Of a stretch of DNA of 64,000 bases, positions 50,001 to 63,108 are shown piece by piece. The notes beneath the pieces are model-generated. The model had not been told where the DNA came from. It searched no databases and saw only the letters and a program-made list of their open reading frames with translations. Source of the DNA: Massalongia carnosa (Eukaryota); assembly GCA_965645245.1 (NCBI GenBank), contig OZ287080.1:1364001-1428000 (forward strand), read 5' to 3'. Every line of letters starts with the position of its first letter. Position 1 is the first letter of the stretch. Made by a program: the position numbers and the translations under genes.

Positions 50001-50958
50001 ATTAGTTAACCTAAGCTCCAGAGGTAGCGCTTTCCGAACTACAACAGGTCTCAGTGATATCGCTACCTGTGCTGTTTCACATTGTAATGGTTCACAAGCT
50101 GTTTGCCTTACTTTTTCGACTGGTTTCAAGTTTTCCTACAGTGGTGACTGCCGTCCCTCTAAAGCCTTTGCACTAATTGGAAGAGACTCCACCGTGCTGC
50201 TGCACGAAGCAACGTTCGATGATGAACGTCAAGGTGACGCGATAGCAAAAAGGCATAGCACGATGGGGGAAGCGATTGCCGTGGGGAAGGAAATGCGTGC
50301 CCGGAGGATCTTGTTGACGCATTTCAGTCAACGATATCAGAAGATACCTGTCATGAGTGGGATGGAAGAGAAAAGGGTGGAATACGAAGAAGTTGGGGAG
50401 GCTGCTGATGCTCAAGAGAAGGAGATCGACCATATTGTAGGAGGTATCCCAAACGAAGACATTCCGTTGCAAAGGCAGGAGTTGACGCAACTTACACCCT
50501 CAGCTTCCGAGACCAAGCGCTTTATCACGAAACCTCAATCTAAAAAGCTGTTGTCCACCAAGTCATCATCCTCCAACCCACTAGCAAACGATGTGAAAAT
50601 TGGCGTTGCGTTCGACTACATGCGTGTTAAAGTGGCCGATATCATGCATCTAGAAAAGTACGTGCCCGCCATGATAAAACTTCATGAGGAGCAGGAGGAA
50701 AAGAAGAAAATACCAAAGACGGGAGGTTCAGAATTATTGACGGTGTCTAACGAAAAGAACCAACTTGAAGACGAAAAATCGACAAAAAAATCAAGGTCTA
50801 CTACTTTGGAACAAGTCCTTAGAGGAATCGAAAGTGGAGAGCAAGCCGGGGCTGGATTCAAGTTGGATGATGAAAGTACCCCCGAAATAGGAGATGTGAT
50901 ACAAACTCCCCATCGAGACAATGCGCAGGGCAGGAAATTAAACTTGGCCCCCTCATGA
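47041..50958 (+). CDS. trz1: tRNase Z (long form, ELAC2/Trz1); intron ~49971-50021
   Basis: TPTADTPGT, LGTGSAAPSKYRNVS, FDCGE, SHLHADHHLG, YSGDCRPS, LHEATF, LTHFSQRY. Confidence 0.93.
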
Positions 50959-53800
50959 ATAGCCTAAATCGCCAGCGAAGTGTACGTACGGGAATTAACA
51001 ATATCACCGCTGCCCCGAGCCTATGAGAAAATAAACCCGAAACCCAAGGCTAGTTCTTATGCTCGGCGCGTTTACTTCGCTGACTGTATTTTCTCGGCCC
51101 AGCGGGCTTGAGGCAGTCGCCCCGTTGCCCTCAATCATCAGCTTCTAAAATAGACCACCCACTCTCCTCGCTCATGCTAGTACCACATTCTTCGTGACAC
51201 CAGTAAGTGCGCTGCGGCGGTCCATAATCCTCTAAAGGCTAGAGTAGCAGTTGCTTTGTTCCATAGATAGACATAATCCGCCAATTACGTAGCGAACAGG
51301 TATCAAAAATATGTTTCTCTAAACTTGCGCTCGCAGAGACAGGGCGAAAGGTGATTCCAGATCCACCATTGAACTTTCCGACCCTTCTTCATCTTTCCCC
51401 TTTCTTTCCCCTTATTTGAAATCTCAATCCCCCCCTATCGTGAGTAATTTCTCATCCAGAGACGTCAAATCTGTCAAAAACCATTCCCTCATCGTCGGCG
51501 TTTTTCTTTCTTTCTTTTTATATGCATTTTGTTAAGCCTAGATTGCTGAGATAGGTAGGTAGATATCTAGCTGCCAACTTCCTGCATAATGTTACCTTAA
51601 GGGTTAAGAGCTACAGTATGAGGGGGGGCTTCATTTAGAGCGGCGGGAGTAGTATAGAGTAAGTAGGTAATGAGGGTTGTGAGAGGCGGTTGTGTGAGGG
51701 AAGGGGAAGAGGGATCACGAGGGCTGGAAAAGGTGCGGGAGGGGGCCCGGCACGTAGCGGGTAAGATTTAAGAAAACAAAGAAGGGTTCGGTATTTAGTA
51801 TAAGGATTAGTTAATGGGAAAGCGAGAGACAGGGGGTTCTGATTTAGAAGGGAATTACCGAAAAAGAGGACGGACAGCAACGGACAGAAGACAAAGAAGA
51901 GGATAGAAAGGAGAAGGGCAGGGCAAAGGGTGAAAGCTTATTTACAACAGCATGTCCCTGTGCTCCATGCTGGGGGAATAAGGAAAAACCGGCGGAATAG
52001 ATCGTTGGGATGGGACGGGATGGAATGAATTGGGGCGTTCAACGGAATATCTAGGTAGGGAGCTAGCTAGCTCTTGTGGGTATGATGGGATGGACGGGTT
52101 TTTGAGGATTTGAAGCCAGTTATTCTCTTCATTAGATTCGTTGTATTGCATCACCGTTTCCTCGAAGCTCTCCGCCATCTCCCCATCCTTACTGCCTCCC
52201 ATCCCAATTCCGTTTTTCCAGGCCCTCGTTTCGGTCCAACTCGGTTCAGCAGCTTGTTGATTTTTGGAACTTGGCTGCTTTTTGGAAATGGGAGGGTGGG
52301 TGAGTTTTTGCGAAGGTGGTTAAGATATGCTAAGGGGGGAGGGGAGGGACGGAGAGGAGAGAAGGTCCTCAGGCCGCTAACAATGGGTGGTGGGGGAGGA
52401 GAATGAGTCGTGGGAACTTCTAGCAGTTTGTGCTGGTGGGGCTGTAGGTTGATCTACTTGCAGGGCGGTAAAGCTGGTGGAAATTAGGAATATTCGACGT
52501 ACAGTGGGGGAGAGAGTCGGGAGAAAGTAGTCATGGGCTGGCCCATTATCGCTGCTATTGAACCTACCTAGAGTATTTATGACCGAGGATTGCGAAGGAT
52601 ATATACTCCCTAAACTTTGTATAGCTTCCAATCAAGATTCTGGCATCTTGCTTCCCTTGGGGAGTGGACGTATGACGTGACTGCTAATAGAGCTATGTTT
52701 TCGTTTCTAAGCGGATTGATAGGTGACGAGTTGGAAAAGGAAGACATGTTGGGTGGTGGTTGGAAGCTTGGAGTTGGACTGAGGAGCCGGTGGGGTTGTT
52801 TCGGCTGTATGGAAGGAACTTTGCCTGTTCCTACATATCCTTGCTACATGCCTAATTATCTCGAACCTCTTGTATCAAGAGATTAAATGGAAGTGCTTAC
52901 TTCGCCCTGTTATGATAGGAAAACAGCCCCATGTCAGAAACTCCCGTTCCTCTCAAGGACATAAGTCTCGGTCGCTCGCTTTGGATTTGTGGAACATCGC
53001 ACTCGTTCGTCAGACTGCGTTATTACTAGACTAGGTTTGAAATGACACAGTTCAATGCGTCAGCGAGATTCTAATCTGCTTTGAAGGCTTGCCGTCTTCT
53101 GTCACACAAAAATCGTGTGGGATGGTTGATTGAAATGTATCGAGAGATTCCCGTTCGGTTTGCAAATCTGAAATTGGGCCAAACACGGTTTAAGAGTCTC
53201 TTACATGTCCACATGACTGTGTTCGGGCCGTTCGAACAAGACATCGACTCAGACACTGAAGGGTTTTCATTTTCTCGAGATAAAATGCAACCGCTAAAGA
53301 ACGTGTCCTACCAGTCAATCCCATCCAAACCAATCCCCCGTTAGACATGCTTGGACATGAACAGCGGAATCTGTGAATACCCCTTTGTTGGATATCACAA
53401 CGCTCTCAACCACACTGTAGCTGTCAAAGGAACCCAAACAACGAGTTACTAGTCATGCTGCATCATCCACCCAGACTAGGTGCTCCGCTGGACGCGGTTC
53501 CTCAGAGGAGCGGCCAATGGATGGATGCCCCTCTGATGTTCGTAGTGATGACAACCCATCTTTTGACTAGGCCGCAGCTGATGAAGAACCTGATGGAAAG
53601 AGACACTGTCCGCTGCGTTCACCCTAGCGCCACCGTCTGACCTAGTTCCGTAGAGGGACGACGGAAAGTGCGAGCATCCCCCCGCCGCTCATGGAAATGG
53701 CGAGAAAGTGAACGACTCATAACAAAGGCCGTCCAATCAAATTGCCTCGAGCTCGCCCCCTGATCTAGAGCAACCCCCCGTTCACTTTGATGCTATCCCC

Positions 53801-54152
53801 TGTTCGGAGCTGAACAGGGTCCTTACGTTCACTAAAGGAGTTCCGGCACTCGTTGATGAGGTCTCACTCGTCTTGATCCTCGTCACTGGGGCGGAAGGGG
53901 AGCACATTCATTGTGCCTTACCCCTTCATCGATTTCTATATCCTTCATGTCTCCAGATCTACCGTGTGATCATGAGAAAACTGCGGTTCATTCTGCTGCT
54001 ATTCCTTGTTCGGAACTGAATGTGTCCCATTTCGTTCACTAAAGGGGTCCCAACCTCCTCTTCGCGGGGATCCTGACTCTCATGATCCTCGTCGCGGGGG
54101 CATTAGCTCAAACGATTCATCCATCCCCCCCTCTTCATCGATTTCTTTATTC
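53801..54152. repeat. Diverged direct repeat, period ~206 bp, non-coding
   Basis: Blocks TGTTCGGAxCTGAA, CGTTCACTAAAGG, TGATCCTCGTC and CTTCATCGATTTCT each occur twice in the same order. Confidence 0.7.
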
Positions 54153-56848
54153 TTTATCGTTTCGGTCTTGCTTCATCGCTCGGTCACCCCTTGGGTATCT
54201 TCTACTACATAAACCCACCTTTCTCCCCTCTTCTCCTCCTCTTCTTTTTCTCCTTCATTGTCTTTCCCCTCATCCAAAGTAGTCGTTTTGCAAAAGATTG
54301 TTTGGAAGGAACTTCAAGAATCTTTGGTGTGATCAACACCATATGCAGCAACCACTTGCACAACAGTATCACCCACCATCTTCAGTTTTTGTTTCTTCCT
54401 TCGTCTTGCACTTGCCTTGGGACAGACAGGCATGCACCTCATCTCCATCATTTATCATATCCACAGTAGAGTCTCTTGCACAGATAGTTCTCGAAGGGCT
54501 CCATCACTCTGTCTTATGATTAATACCTTCCATCATGACAGCATTACCATCTTCAAGCCTTAACACCTTCACCCATACCAGCCATGCCTCCCAACCTTGA
54601 TACGTCTTTTCTATCTTGCTCCGCAATAGTACCAAGGTATAACTCACTTCATACCCACACACGAATTCGTCCTTTATCCTCCTCAACAATGCATCTTGCC
54701 CATTCAAAGGCTTTGCAATATTCTTTGGTATCCGAAAAGATCACATTTGGCAAACAAGTCATCGCGAGTTCTTCATAACGATGTATCAAGGCTCCTAGCG
54801 AAGATGGTATGGTTGCTCCACAATAGGAATATATCTACTATTGCTAACTGCGGCGACATCCAGAACACCATTACCTCGATTTTTAGATGAGCATGTCCAG
54901 GCTAGATTTGCATAATGCATGTCGCAGCGGCGGTTGACTCAAGATCCCAATGACACCCCGGCACTATGTGGTACTCAAACCCGGGAATATTCAGTCTGGC
55001 AGGGTTTTCTGGAAAGGCAGTGTCTGAGCTTAATACCTCTTAGCTTTTCTTTCATTTCATTTTAGACCAGGTGAACATCGTCTCGGGATTCATGGTCCAG
55101 GCGGAAAAAAGCCTTGACAAGATATCGTCTGGCTGGCACAGCAAAATTTGCCTTGCCTATCTGGTCTCAAGGACATTCGCATCTAATACAGAGGTTTCCT
55201 AACAGCTGTTCGATGGAAGACAGCCGTAGGCCAGTAATCTTGATGCATCCAATCAACCAAACCAAGGTAGGCCACACACATCCTTCTAGTTGATAAACGT
55301 CCCTTTGCTAATAGCTTTCCATGCAGGACTAAACAGTCTTCCATCCAGGTTTAGTCGTTTGATACATGACGAGTTCCCTTTGAATCATGAATCTTTCTGT
55401 GCAGGATCTGTCGTCGAATAGCAAGAAAGCCTTCGACCATTCAGGTTTTTCTTAACAGCAGCATATATCCAAGTCAAAGAAAAATGGCCTGTCATCAGAT
55501 ACCCTTTGGAAACCTTCTATTGCCCAAGCCTCAATAATAGATCCCTCCTCCCAGATAACAACTTCTCATACAAGGCCTGTCCGTCCACAGTACAACTGGT
55601 TGACAAGATGCATTGGTTATGTATATTGGCTTGGCAACAATAGACAAATGCTAAAAGGATACTCGGAAGGCCTAAGGAACGTCGATACTCGGTTTGGGTC
55701 ATTTGGCCTTTACTAGTCAAGTCCTTATCAGACTTACCGGTGAAGTCACTATAATTGAACAAAGCTTGTTACTGGTTGAAGTCAGGTACGTAACCGAAAG
55801 CTTTGGAAGACACAATACTGGATATTAGCTAAGTGATGGAAGAAAACGCGCCTAGACTTGAAATACAGGATAGGGGTTGGCATATCGAGCCGCCAACGCT
55901 TCACCACCTTTCCTTACCACAAACAATCATTATGCTTAAAGGAGCCTCTGGAACCGGTTTTCTTCGAAGGAAAACTTACGCCCTTGTTCATTCACCTCAT
56001 TTCTGTTTATACTATATATTTAATTTCTTTCTTTAGTTCTTTCCCATCACAAAGAATGTGATGGGAAGCATTATACTATATATATAGCCGCCCCTTAGCC
56101 CCCGCCCTACGGAATCTCGATGCCATCACTCCCTTTACTCCGAAACACTTTCCTCGTTCATAGCCTTTATCGGCTTGCGGAGAAGGGGCCACTAGTGCCC
56201 TGCTTCCATTGTGATGGTGGGGATGAGTTATCTATCCCACCTATCGGATGGAAGGAAGTGTCTCGGAGTATGAAAAGGGGGAGGGGGGCATCACATCTAC
56301 ATGAACGCGTAAACTGTGAATTGCCCCCGCTCCTGTGATAGGCACCACCAGCAAAGTGTTCCTCCCAAGAGATGTGTAATTCTCTGGGCTAGTGAACACA
56401 TCTGGTGAATCCGTTAGGGCATCGGGGCCTACAAAAGGGCTACCTTCTTCCTACCTCCTTCCTTTCTCTTCTGTTTCTTGCAGCATCACCACCAACATTG
56501 TCATCAAGCTTCCAATACTTTTGATCATCAATCCAATCTTTCGGCAATTGTCTTTCATCTTTACCTTCTCGTCATCGATAAGCTTCTTCATAAGCTTCGA
56601 CAGAAGAAGAGAGAGATTGACAATCCTTTGTCGAAGATTGAAAAGTGTTGGGCGTAGACTCTGTTGGTTGTTATTTCTTGCAAGAAATAAGAAGTAAGTG
56701 TTGCCGGCTCCATCCGAATTTCACTTCTATCTTACTCAAGCTACCCTACATCTCATCTCCCCGCCTCTTGCTTATCATCTTGCATCCTATCGAACTCCAC
56801 TTCATCATCCAACTCATTCATCAAGCTTGACGGCTAATATAACATTAG

Positions 56849-58273
56849 GAAAGAGAGATGTCTTTCTCCGGATTTGGAGCCAGAGGATTCTCAAGGGGAG
56901 CGCAGCAAGGTAGTGGGCAAGGTCCTCGTAAGTCATTCTTAGTCTCTGTTTTTTTAGAAATATCACTAACATCTCCAAAGAAGGACAACCCGCCAGCCAT
57001 CAAGATGCCGCTCTGCACCGCGCCATCCGCAACCTGATCAGCGATGGCCAGGATGCGGAGGTGCAGAGCGCGCTGGTGCAACACTACCACGCTCTTCCGT
57101 CTTGCGATCAGCCTTCCACCAGCGTGATCGTCAACCAAGCAGTGCAGCTGCTTGGTCTGGCTGGAGGTGATCTTGCACCTCGTCGAGCAGTCATCTTGCT
57201 TGCCGAAGCAAGATGGAACTATGCGGCAGCTGCTCAGGCCGCGCTCGACGAGGTGGCAGCAGCGAGAGAGGATTCTCTTTCGGGCTCCGAGGAAGGCGGG
57301 GACATCGAGGGGACGGAGGAGGAGGTGTCGGACGAGGCGGGATCGGAGGTAAGTCAATCCAATATCTCCAATCTTAAACACGTCATAGCTTTCGTCATGC
57401 TAACCCATGATGTGTTCTTAGGGAGTAAAAGGTCTGGATTTCGAGTCCAGAATGCGCCTCCTGAATCGAGGAATCGATCGGGAGGTGGCTAAAAAGGGCA
57501 AGCCAGACCCATCCAAACTCACCATTCGGATAAAGCAGCTCGGCGGCCAGCCGGATAAAGTGCTGCGATATCGCGAAGTGGTGGACTTCTCCCAACCGGT
57601 CCGCGCCTTGAACAGGTGGAGGAGTCAAATCTTCCGGTTCGTACCTCCCTTGATCATCCACTCCTAACCCACCCCCAACCTATCCGAACCTAAATTACTG
57701 ACCTCGTCCATCGCATACAGTCGCCACCTCGGTGGCTCGCGCCCCTTCCGAACCCGCTTTCATGAGCTTGAGAAGGACTTCCTGTACGACGAGCACGTCG
57801 CTTTCGAGCAACGACGGCGTGCCGACGGACTGGTCGTCGATTACTCGGCCATGAGGTGGGTGGAAATCGCCGGGCGGTTCAACCAGCGGTTCGAAGGCAA
57901 AATCCTGCCGGGGGCGAGTGAGCCGCGACCGGCCCGTACCAAGGTCGCGCTGCGCACTGAGCGCTCGCGGATCGCTCGCATCACCGATCACACCGGGATT
58001 GCGCCTAAGAACCAGGAGCCGGCTCTGAACCGGCCTCGGGAACGAAGGAGAGCCGAGAAAGCGGCGGTGGAGGTTGGCGCGGAGATTGGAGAGGAGGAGC
58101 AGGAGGAAGGGGACGAGGAGGAGGGGGAAGGCGAGGACGGGTCCAGGGGTATCCGGAGGGGAGATCCCCCTCCGGGAAAACCGCCGAGGAGGGACCCGGA
58201 GGATGAGGGGGGAGCGGGAGCGACCGGAACGGTGGTGGATCCCCGGTCGTGGAGGAGTGTGGTGGGAGTTTGA
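56849..58273 (+). CDS. Spliced hypothetical protein with UBA-like and Myb/SANT-like segments; 5' end unresolved
   Basis: GC-rich exons with GT-AG introns; AVILLAEARWNYAAA; ALNRWRSQIFR; RWVEIAGRFNQRFEGKILPG...RPART; acidic tail. Confidence 0.55.
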
Positions 58274-58640
58274 TTTTTTTTCTCTCTTTTTTTCTTTGTT
58301 TTTTCTTTGTTTGGGGGAATTGGGTCGGGTTTCGTCAAGGGCTTGCTTGGAGTTTACGAAATTTAAAAAGGGATCGATCGTCATTCTTCTTCTTCCTTCC
58401 TTCCAACCTCCTTTTTATTTCCCCCTTCCTCCGTACATATCTTCACAACAGAGAACCAATCGCTCGAGGCCTCCCTCCCTCCCTCTCTCTCTCTCTCCCT
58501 CTCTCGCGCCCTTTCCTCCTCGTCCCACAGACTTCTCTCCATCCCGTCCCGTCTCGCGCCCGAGGACCCAACCCGACCCGAACCTCTCTCTCTCCTCCTT
58601 CCTTCCCTTCTAACCTTTTACCTTTAACCTACTCGCCTCG

Positions 58641-59009
58641 CCCATCCATCCATCCATCCATCCATCCATCCGACCCCATCTTCACAGTGGTCTTTCGGTC
58701 AAGGCAAGTTTCTACGTGGAGCGGGGAGCGGAGCGAAGGGGTGGTCTCGCGAGGAGAGGGAACGTTCGAACCCCGGCGAACTATATATATATATACCATA
58801 CTGTGCTATACTGTGCTGTGCTGTGCTGTGCTGTGCAGACAGGACAGGCGTTCTCGATACATTGTCGATTCAGAGACGGAGTGGGGCTCTAATATACTGG
58901 ACATACAATGTTCGGACGGTTTTTTTTTTGTTCTTTCTTTCTTTTCTTTCTTTTTCGTTCGAGTTGCGCGCGTTTACTTACTTATTTGGTTGGTTGGTTG
59001 GTTGGTTGG
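58641..59009. repeat. Microsatellite cluster: (CCAT)n, (CTGTG)n, (TTGG)n
   Basis: Directly visible at ~58641-58670, ~58811-58836 and ~58986-59009, between convergent gene ends. Confidence 0.9.
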
Positions 59010-59234
59010 CTGTCTGTTTATTTGTTCACTCACTCGCTCACCTGCTTCTGAGAGAGAGACGGGATAACCAAAACAGGTTACAGGACATGTTATGTTGATG
59101 AGTTGATAGATGGATAGGTGGAGGGGATGGATTGGATGGATGATTCTTTTCTTGGTCTCTTCTTTCTCTGCTTGCATACACAAGATCCCTACGATTCCTC
59201 CTACCCACCTACCTACCCCTCATCTCCCGAAGAA

Positions 59235-61073
59235 TCAGCCACACACCACGCCTTCCCTCGGCATCTCCCCCCTCGGCGGGCCTGCCCCATTCCCGTCGCT
59301 AGCGCGCTTCCCACCTTTCACTCCCACCCCCACTCCCATCATCACCTTCACCTTCACCTCCTCCTCTTCCACCTTCCTCCGGGCCTTCTTCCCAAGCGCC
59401 CAACTCCCCTTTTCCAACGCCTCTTTTGGCAATGGGCGCACATACGGCTGACACACCCACCACGGCTTCTTGCACGCGCGCACCGCCGCGACGGAACTCC
59501 CGAGCCGGTCATCTTCGTCGTCGTCGCTAGCGGTCTTCTGCTCGGTGGCTAGGTTAGGGGGGGGGTCCTCGTATTTCGCCGGATCGGTCGCATGGTCAAG
59601 GAGACCTTGCTCGACGGCCGCTTCAACGAGCGAGAGCACGTTCTCGAAGGCGGGGATGTCGCCGGCTCGAGAGTGGGCTAGGGCGTCGCGAATGTGGGTG
59701 TGTTGGGTTACTAGAGGGCGGAGAAGGCTGAATAGGTGAGCTTGTATGGAGAGCAGGTTAGGGGAGGTGCATTTGATGTGTTTTTTCTTTGGCTTGTCCT
59801 CATTTGTTGCTCTTTGGCTTGCTGTCGCCGTTCCGTCCGTGGGTATACCGACTTGTCCTGCTGGATTGGCGCATTTTAGTTTCTTCGCCGGCCGCGCGCC
59901 AACTTCATTGAAGCAGCCTCCGAGTTCCAAGGCAGCTTCAGCAGGAGAATCAGAGGGAAGGAAGAGCGGTTTCCGTTTCGGCAATGGCGTTTCTAGGACA
60001 TATTGATAGATAATATCCATATATCTCCTGAAAACGGCGTCCATCCGATATCCTCCCTTACCATCGCGACCCCTCCAATACTCTCGATCTTCATCACCCA
60101 TAGCAGGCGCTTTGGCAAAAATAGCCGGATCATGCAGATTTCCTTCCGCACTCATCACTCCATCGGCGCCCGTCTCTCTTAGGCACCTATCGATATCCCC
60201 GTACTGCAGGATATTACCATTGGCAAATATAACGGTTTCTGGGGGGAGGTTCTCCCTTAGGTAGCGTAGAACCGACCAATCAGCCAAGCCAGTCTTGTGT
60301 CCCTTTTGGTCTCGTAGACGTCCATGCACCGTGAGCACACTTGCACCCGCTGAGAGGATGACCTTTGCATATTCCAGCGTCTTCTCTCTCGTCTCTAATA
60401 TTCGCATTTTGGCCGTCACTGGCACGTCGAGATTCTTGTGAAGCGTGTTGATGAGTTCGTACACAAGTTTCCAGTCTTCCTGCAGGAAAGCACCATAATG
60501 CCCCTTGCGTGCAATGCCTTGCGGACAGCCTAGGTTCAGATCGACCGCATCGCAATATGGCGCAACGTACCTTGCAGCCTCTAGAAGGTAATCAGGCGAA
60601 TTTGCGCAGAATTGAACGATTAACGGTCTGTCCACGGAAGGATTACCATCCAGGTATATATCTGACGGCGCAGATACCGATTCGAGAGAGGGAGGCGATA
60701 CCATGCCAGATCTCGTTGGTTGGAAACTATGATTGCGGTATTGGACCGTCTGGGCGAAGAGCCTTGAATGTATCATAGGCGTGTAGGCAAGGAGGTCTTT
60801 CGAAGATCCGGGGGGCATGAAAGATCTCGTGAGCATTCGCCAGGCCTAGATGTTGGGGTCAGTCGGCTGATGAGTGACGAATGGCAAGTAAAAGCATACA
60901 AACTCTGATTGATCGACCATGGGAGCAAGAATCATCTTGGGACTGCCCAAGCTCTCATAGAATGCTCGACCCGTTAGTTTTCCTCTTGTCGTTGGCTGCA
61001 ACGATGACGATTGATCCGATTGAACTCCTGGTCGTTGCGAGATTCCATTTGGACTACTCATTAAGGTAGCCAT
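59235..61073 (-). CDS. dus1: tRNA-dihydrouridine synthase 1; one intron ~60847-60900
   Basis: LAPMVDQSEF|AWRML, YTPMIHSRLF, DRPLIVQFCAN, DLNLGCPQGIARKGHYGAFL, TVHGR, ANGNI. Confidence 0.93.
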
Positions 61074-61495
61074 ACGCACACCTATGCGATGGATGGGAGA
61101 AACACCAAATTGGTTGCCAAGTTTCGAAGGGTATATCAAAAGTCGCTCCAGGGCTGCGGAAGGTCTGCATGTGGCCTTCGCACTCACTATTTTACGACGG
61201 TTTTGGGGGGTTTCGGAGAAAGATCAAGCTATGCAATGTACAAAAACACATCAATAGGCTCTAAGAAGGTCTATCGATCAATGAATCCATCTTAGATTTT
61301 TTTTTTTACTTTTGTGCTGAATTCTAAGTAAGATGGAAATCCAAGGGTGTTACAAAGGTTTGACTCAGCCAACCAACTAGCCCCCACAGCTCTAACTCCA
61401 TCCTAGAGCACTTCCCCCACCAACGAACCATACATATAAAGATCTCCTCTACTAGCAGCAGCCAAATCCCATCTCAAGGAACCCATCTCCCCGCA

Positions 61496-61794
61496 ATGAA
61501 CCTATGGGACCTTTCTCCACAGCCTGACACGGTCGAGCCATCCCCTCCACCCCGCCTCACAAGCCACCAAATCTTGACTTTGGAACGCTACTTCACGTCG
61601 TGCCCGAAACCAAGCTCAAGGAAGAAAATGGATCTAGCTTCGCAGCTAGAATTAGCGCCCCAACGGCTTCATGTATATTACGCTCTGAAGGCACGCTGAG
61701 CTTCACGCTGACAAGAGCGGTAACTACCTAGAACTGGTTCCAGAATCGCCGAGCAAAGGCGAAGCATCAAGCTAACAGCACGGTTTTGGCATAG
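61496..61794 (+). CDS. Homeodomain-only small protein (79 aa); exons 61496-61672 and 61732-61794
   Basis: PRLTSHQILTLERYF...KP...K..LASQL, intron GTATAT...CTGAC...CTAG, then NWFQNRRAKAK and TAG 9 codons later. Confidence 0.75.
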
Positions 61795-63108
61795 AGTTGT
61801 CGTCATCGTGAAGTGCAACTTCGCTTTCTCCTCTTCGCTTCATTTCCTCCAGTCGGACTCTAGGCTTCGGGCAAAGCTCTAGGCCAGTTTTGGGGGCTGA
61901 GAGTATAGGCTAAGGGGTCCCGGTGGTGGAGATGAAGGCTCTAGAGATAGACGCTAGATGAAGCCTTGGGTAGATCAGAGCCGCTTGAACAGATGGTCTT
62001 GCAAGCTCTCTGCGAGATTCCGAGTTTGTCGACCCGTTTGAAGTACATTGATGAGTTTTCGTAAGAAGTTTTGTTGTTTGCGTGAGATCTAAGCACGAAG
62101 CGTACAAATCTGTGGCGCCATGATTGTCATCTTGCGAACCCTCTCTTTCTCCAATGAAACCAATGTCCGGTCTAGCTTTGCTATTCTGCCCTCCCTTGGT
62201 CTTATGCTTCATCCTCAGCGTTTGCACCAGCATCAAGTTCAGCCAAAAACCGAAGAAAAGCTCTCCGATTCCCATCATCTTCCCGAGCTGTTTCAATCCA
62301 AACAACTAAATCAATCCTCTCCTTCGTCTTCATTCCCAGCCAACCCCATCCCACCCAGATTTGGGGGCGGATGGGAATTGTTGCGCCAACTAAATGAGGA
62401 GCCAACCAACTAGAAGAGGATCAGTGATAGATGGATCTCGAAGAATGCAATACAGAGGATCGGGAGAAGGATCAATGGTGTAGGCTTAGCTTATAGGGTT
62501 TAGGGGGCTTGAGGGTTGAAAGGATTGGGGATTTGGCGAGGAAGGGATTGCGAAGAGCGGAAAACCCGATGGATTTGGCGGGATACGACGGCATCTAAAG
62601 GGCGGGCGAGGGAGGATTTATTGGAATGGAGAATGTGTAGCTTACAGGTAAGTACTTAAACAAGAGACAGAACTATGAGTAGACCATTTTCTGTAGCTGC
62701 AAATGGTTTTACATCGTGATAAAGATTTCTATCATCAGCGCAGCGGTGGGGATGTATTTAGAAAGATGTCATTGCACCAATCGAATGAGAATAACATGAA
62801 CATTGGCCCTTCCCCGGACCTTTCCATCCACATCCGTTAGAGAAAAAGAGCTTCGCCCCCCGTATGTAGCGGGATTTAGAAAAGAGGGCTTAGGTTCTGG
62901 GTATTATATGGCGTGGCGTTTTGCTCATTAACTTGCTAAAACAGCGAACCACGCTCGATGTACAATGTTGCATGCAAAACCGAAAAGTAATCGGAAAAAG
63001 AGACTCCTCCCGTGTGTGTGCATGCTCGCAACAAATGGGAGTTACTCCGATACCGCTAACAAGGAGTCGAAAGAAGATTGGATGGGACCAAGCAAACTTA
63101 GCTACTTA

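Noticed and set aside
53570..53620. Hammerhead-like CTGATGA...GAAA flanked by GCAGC/GCTGC
   Set aside because: Stems II and III cannot be formed properly.
51600..56400. Numerous short ORFs and possible gene relics
   Set aside because: No recognisable motifs or consistent splice structure.
47041..61073. A tRNA-processing cluster (trz1 + dus1)
   Set aside because: The genes are more than 8 kb apart with unrelated sequence between them; proximity is likely ordinary synteny.
62480..62520. Telomere-like TAGGG words
   Set aside because: Only scattered imperfect units in a G-rich stretch.
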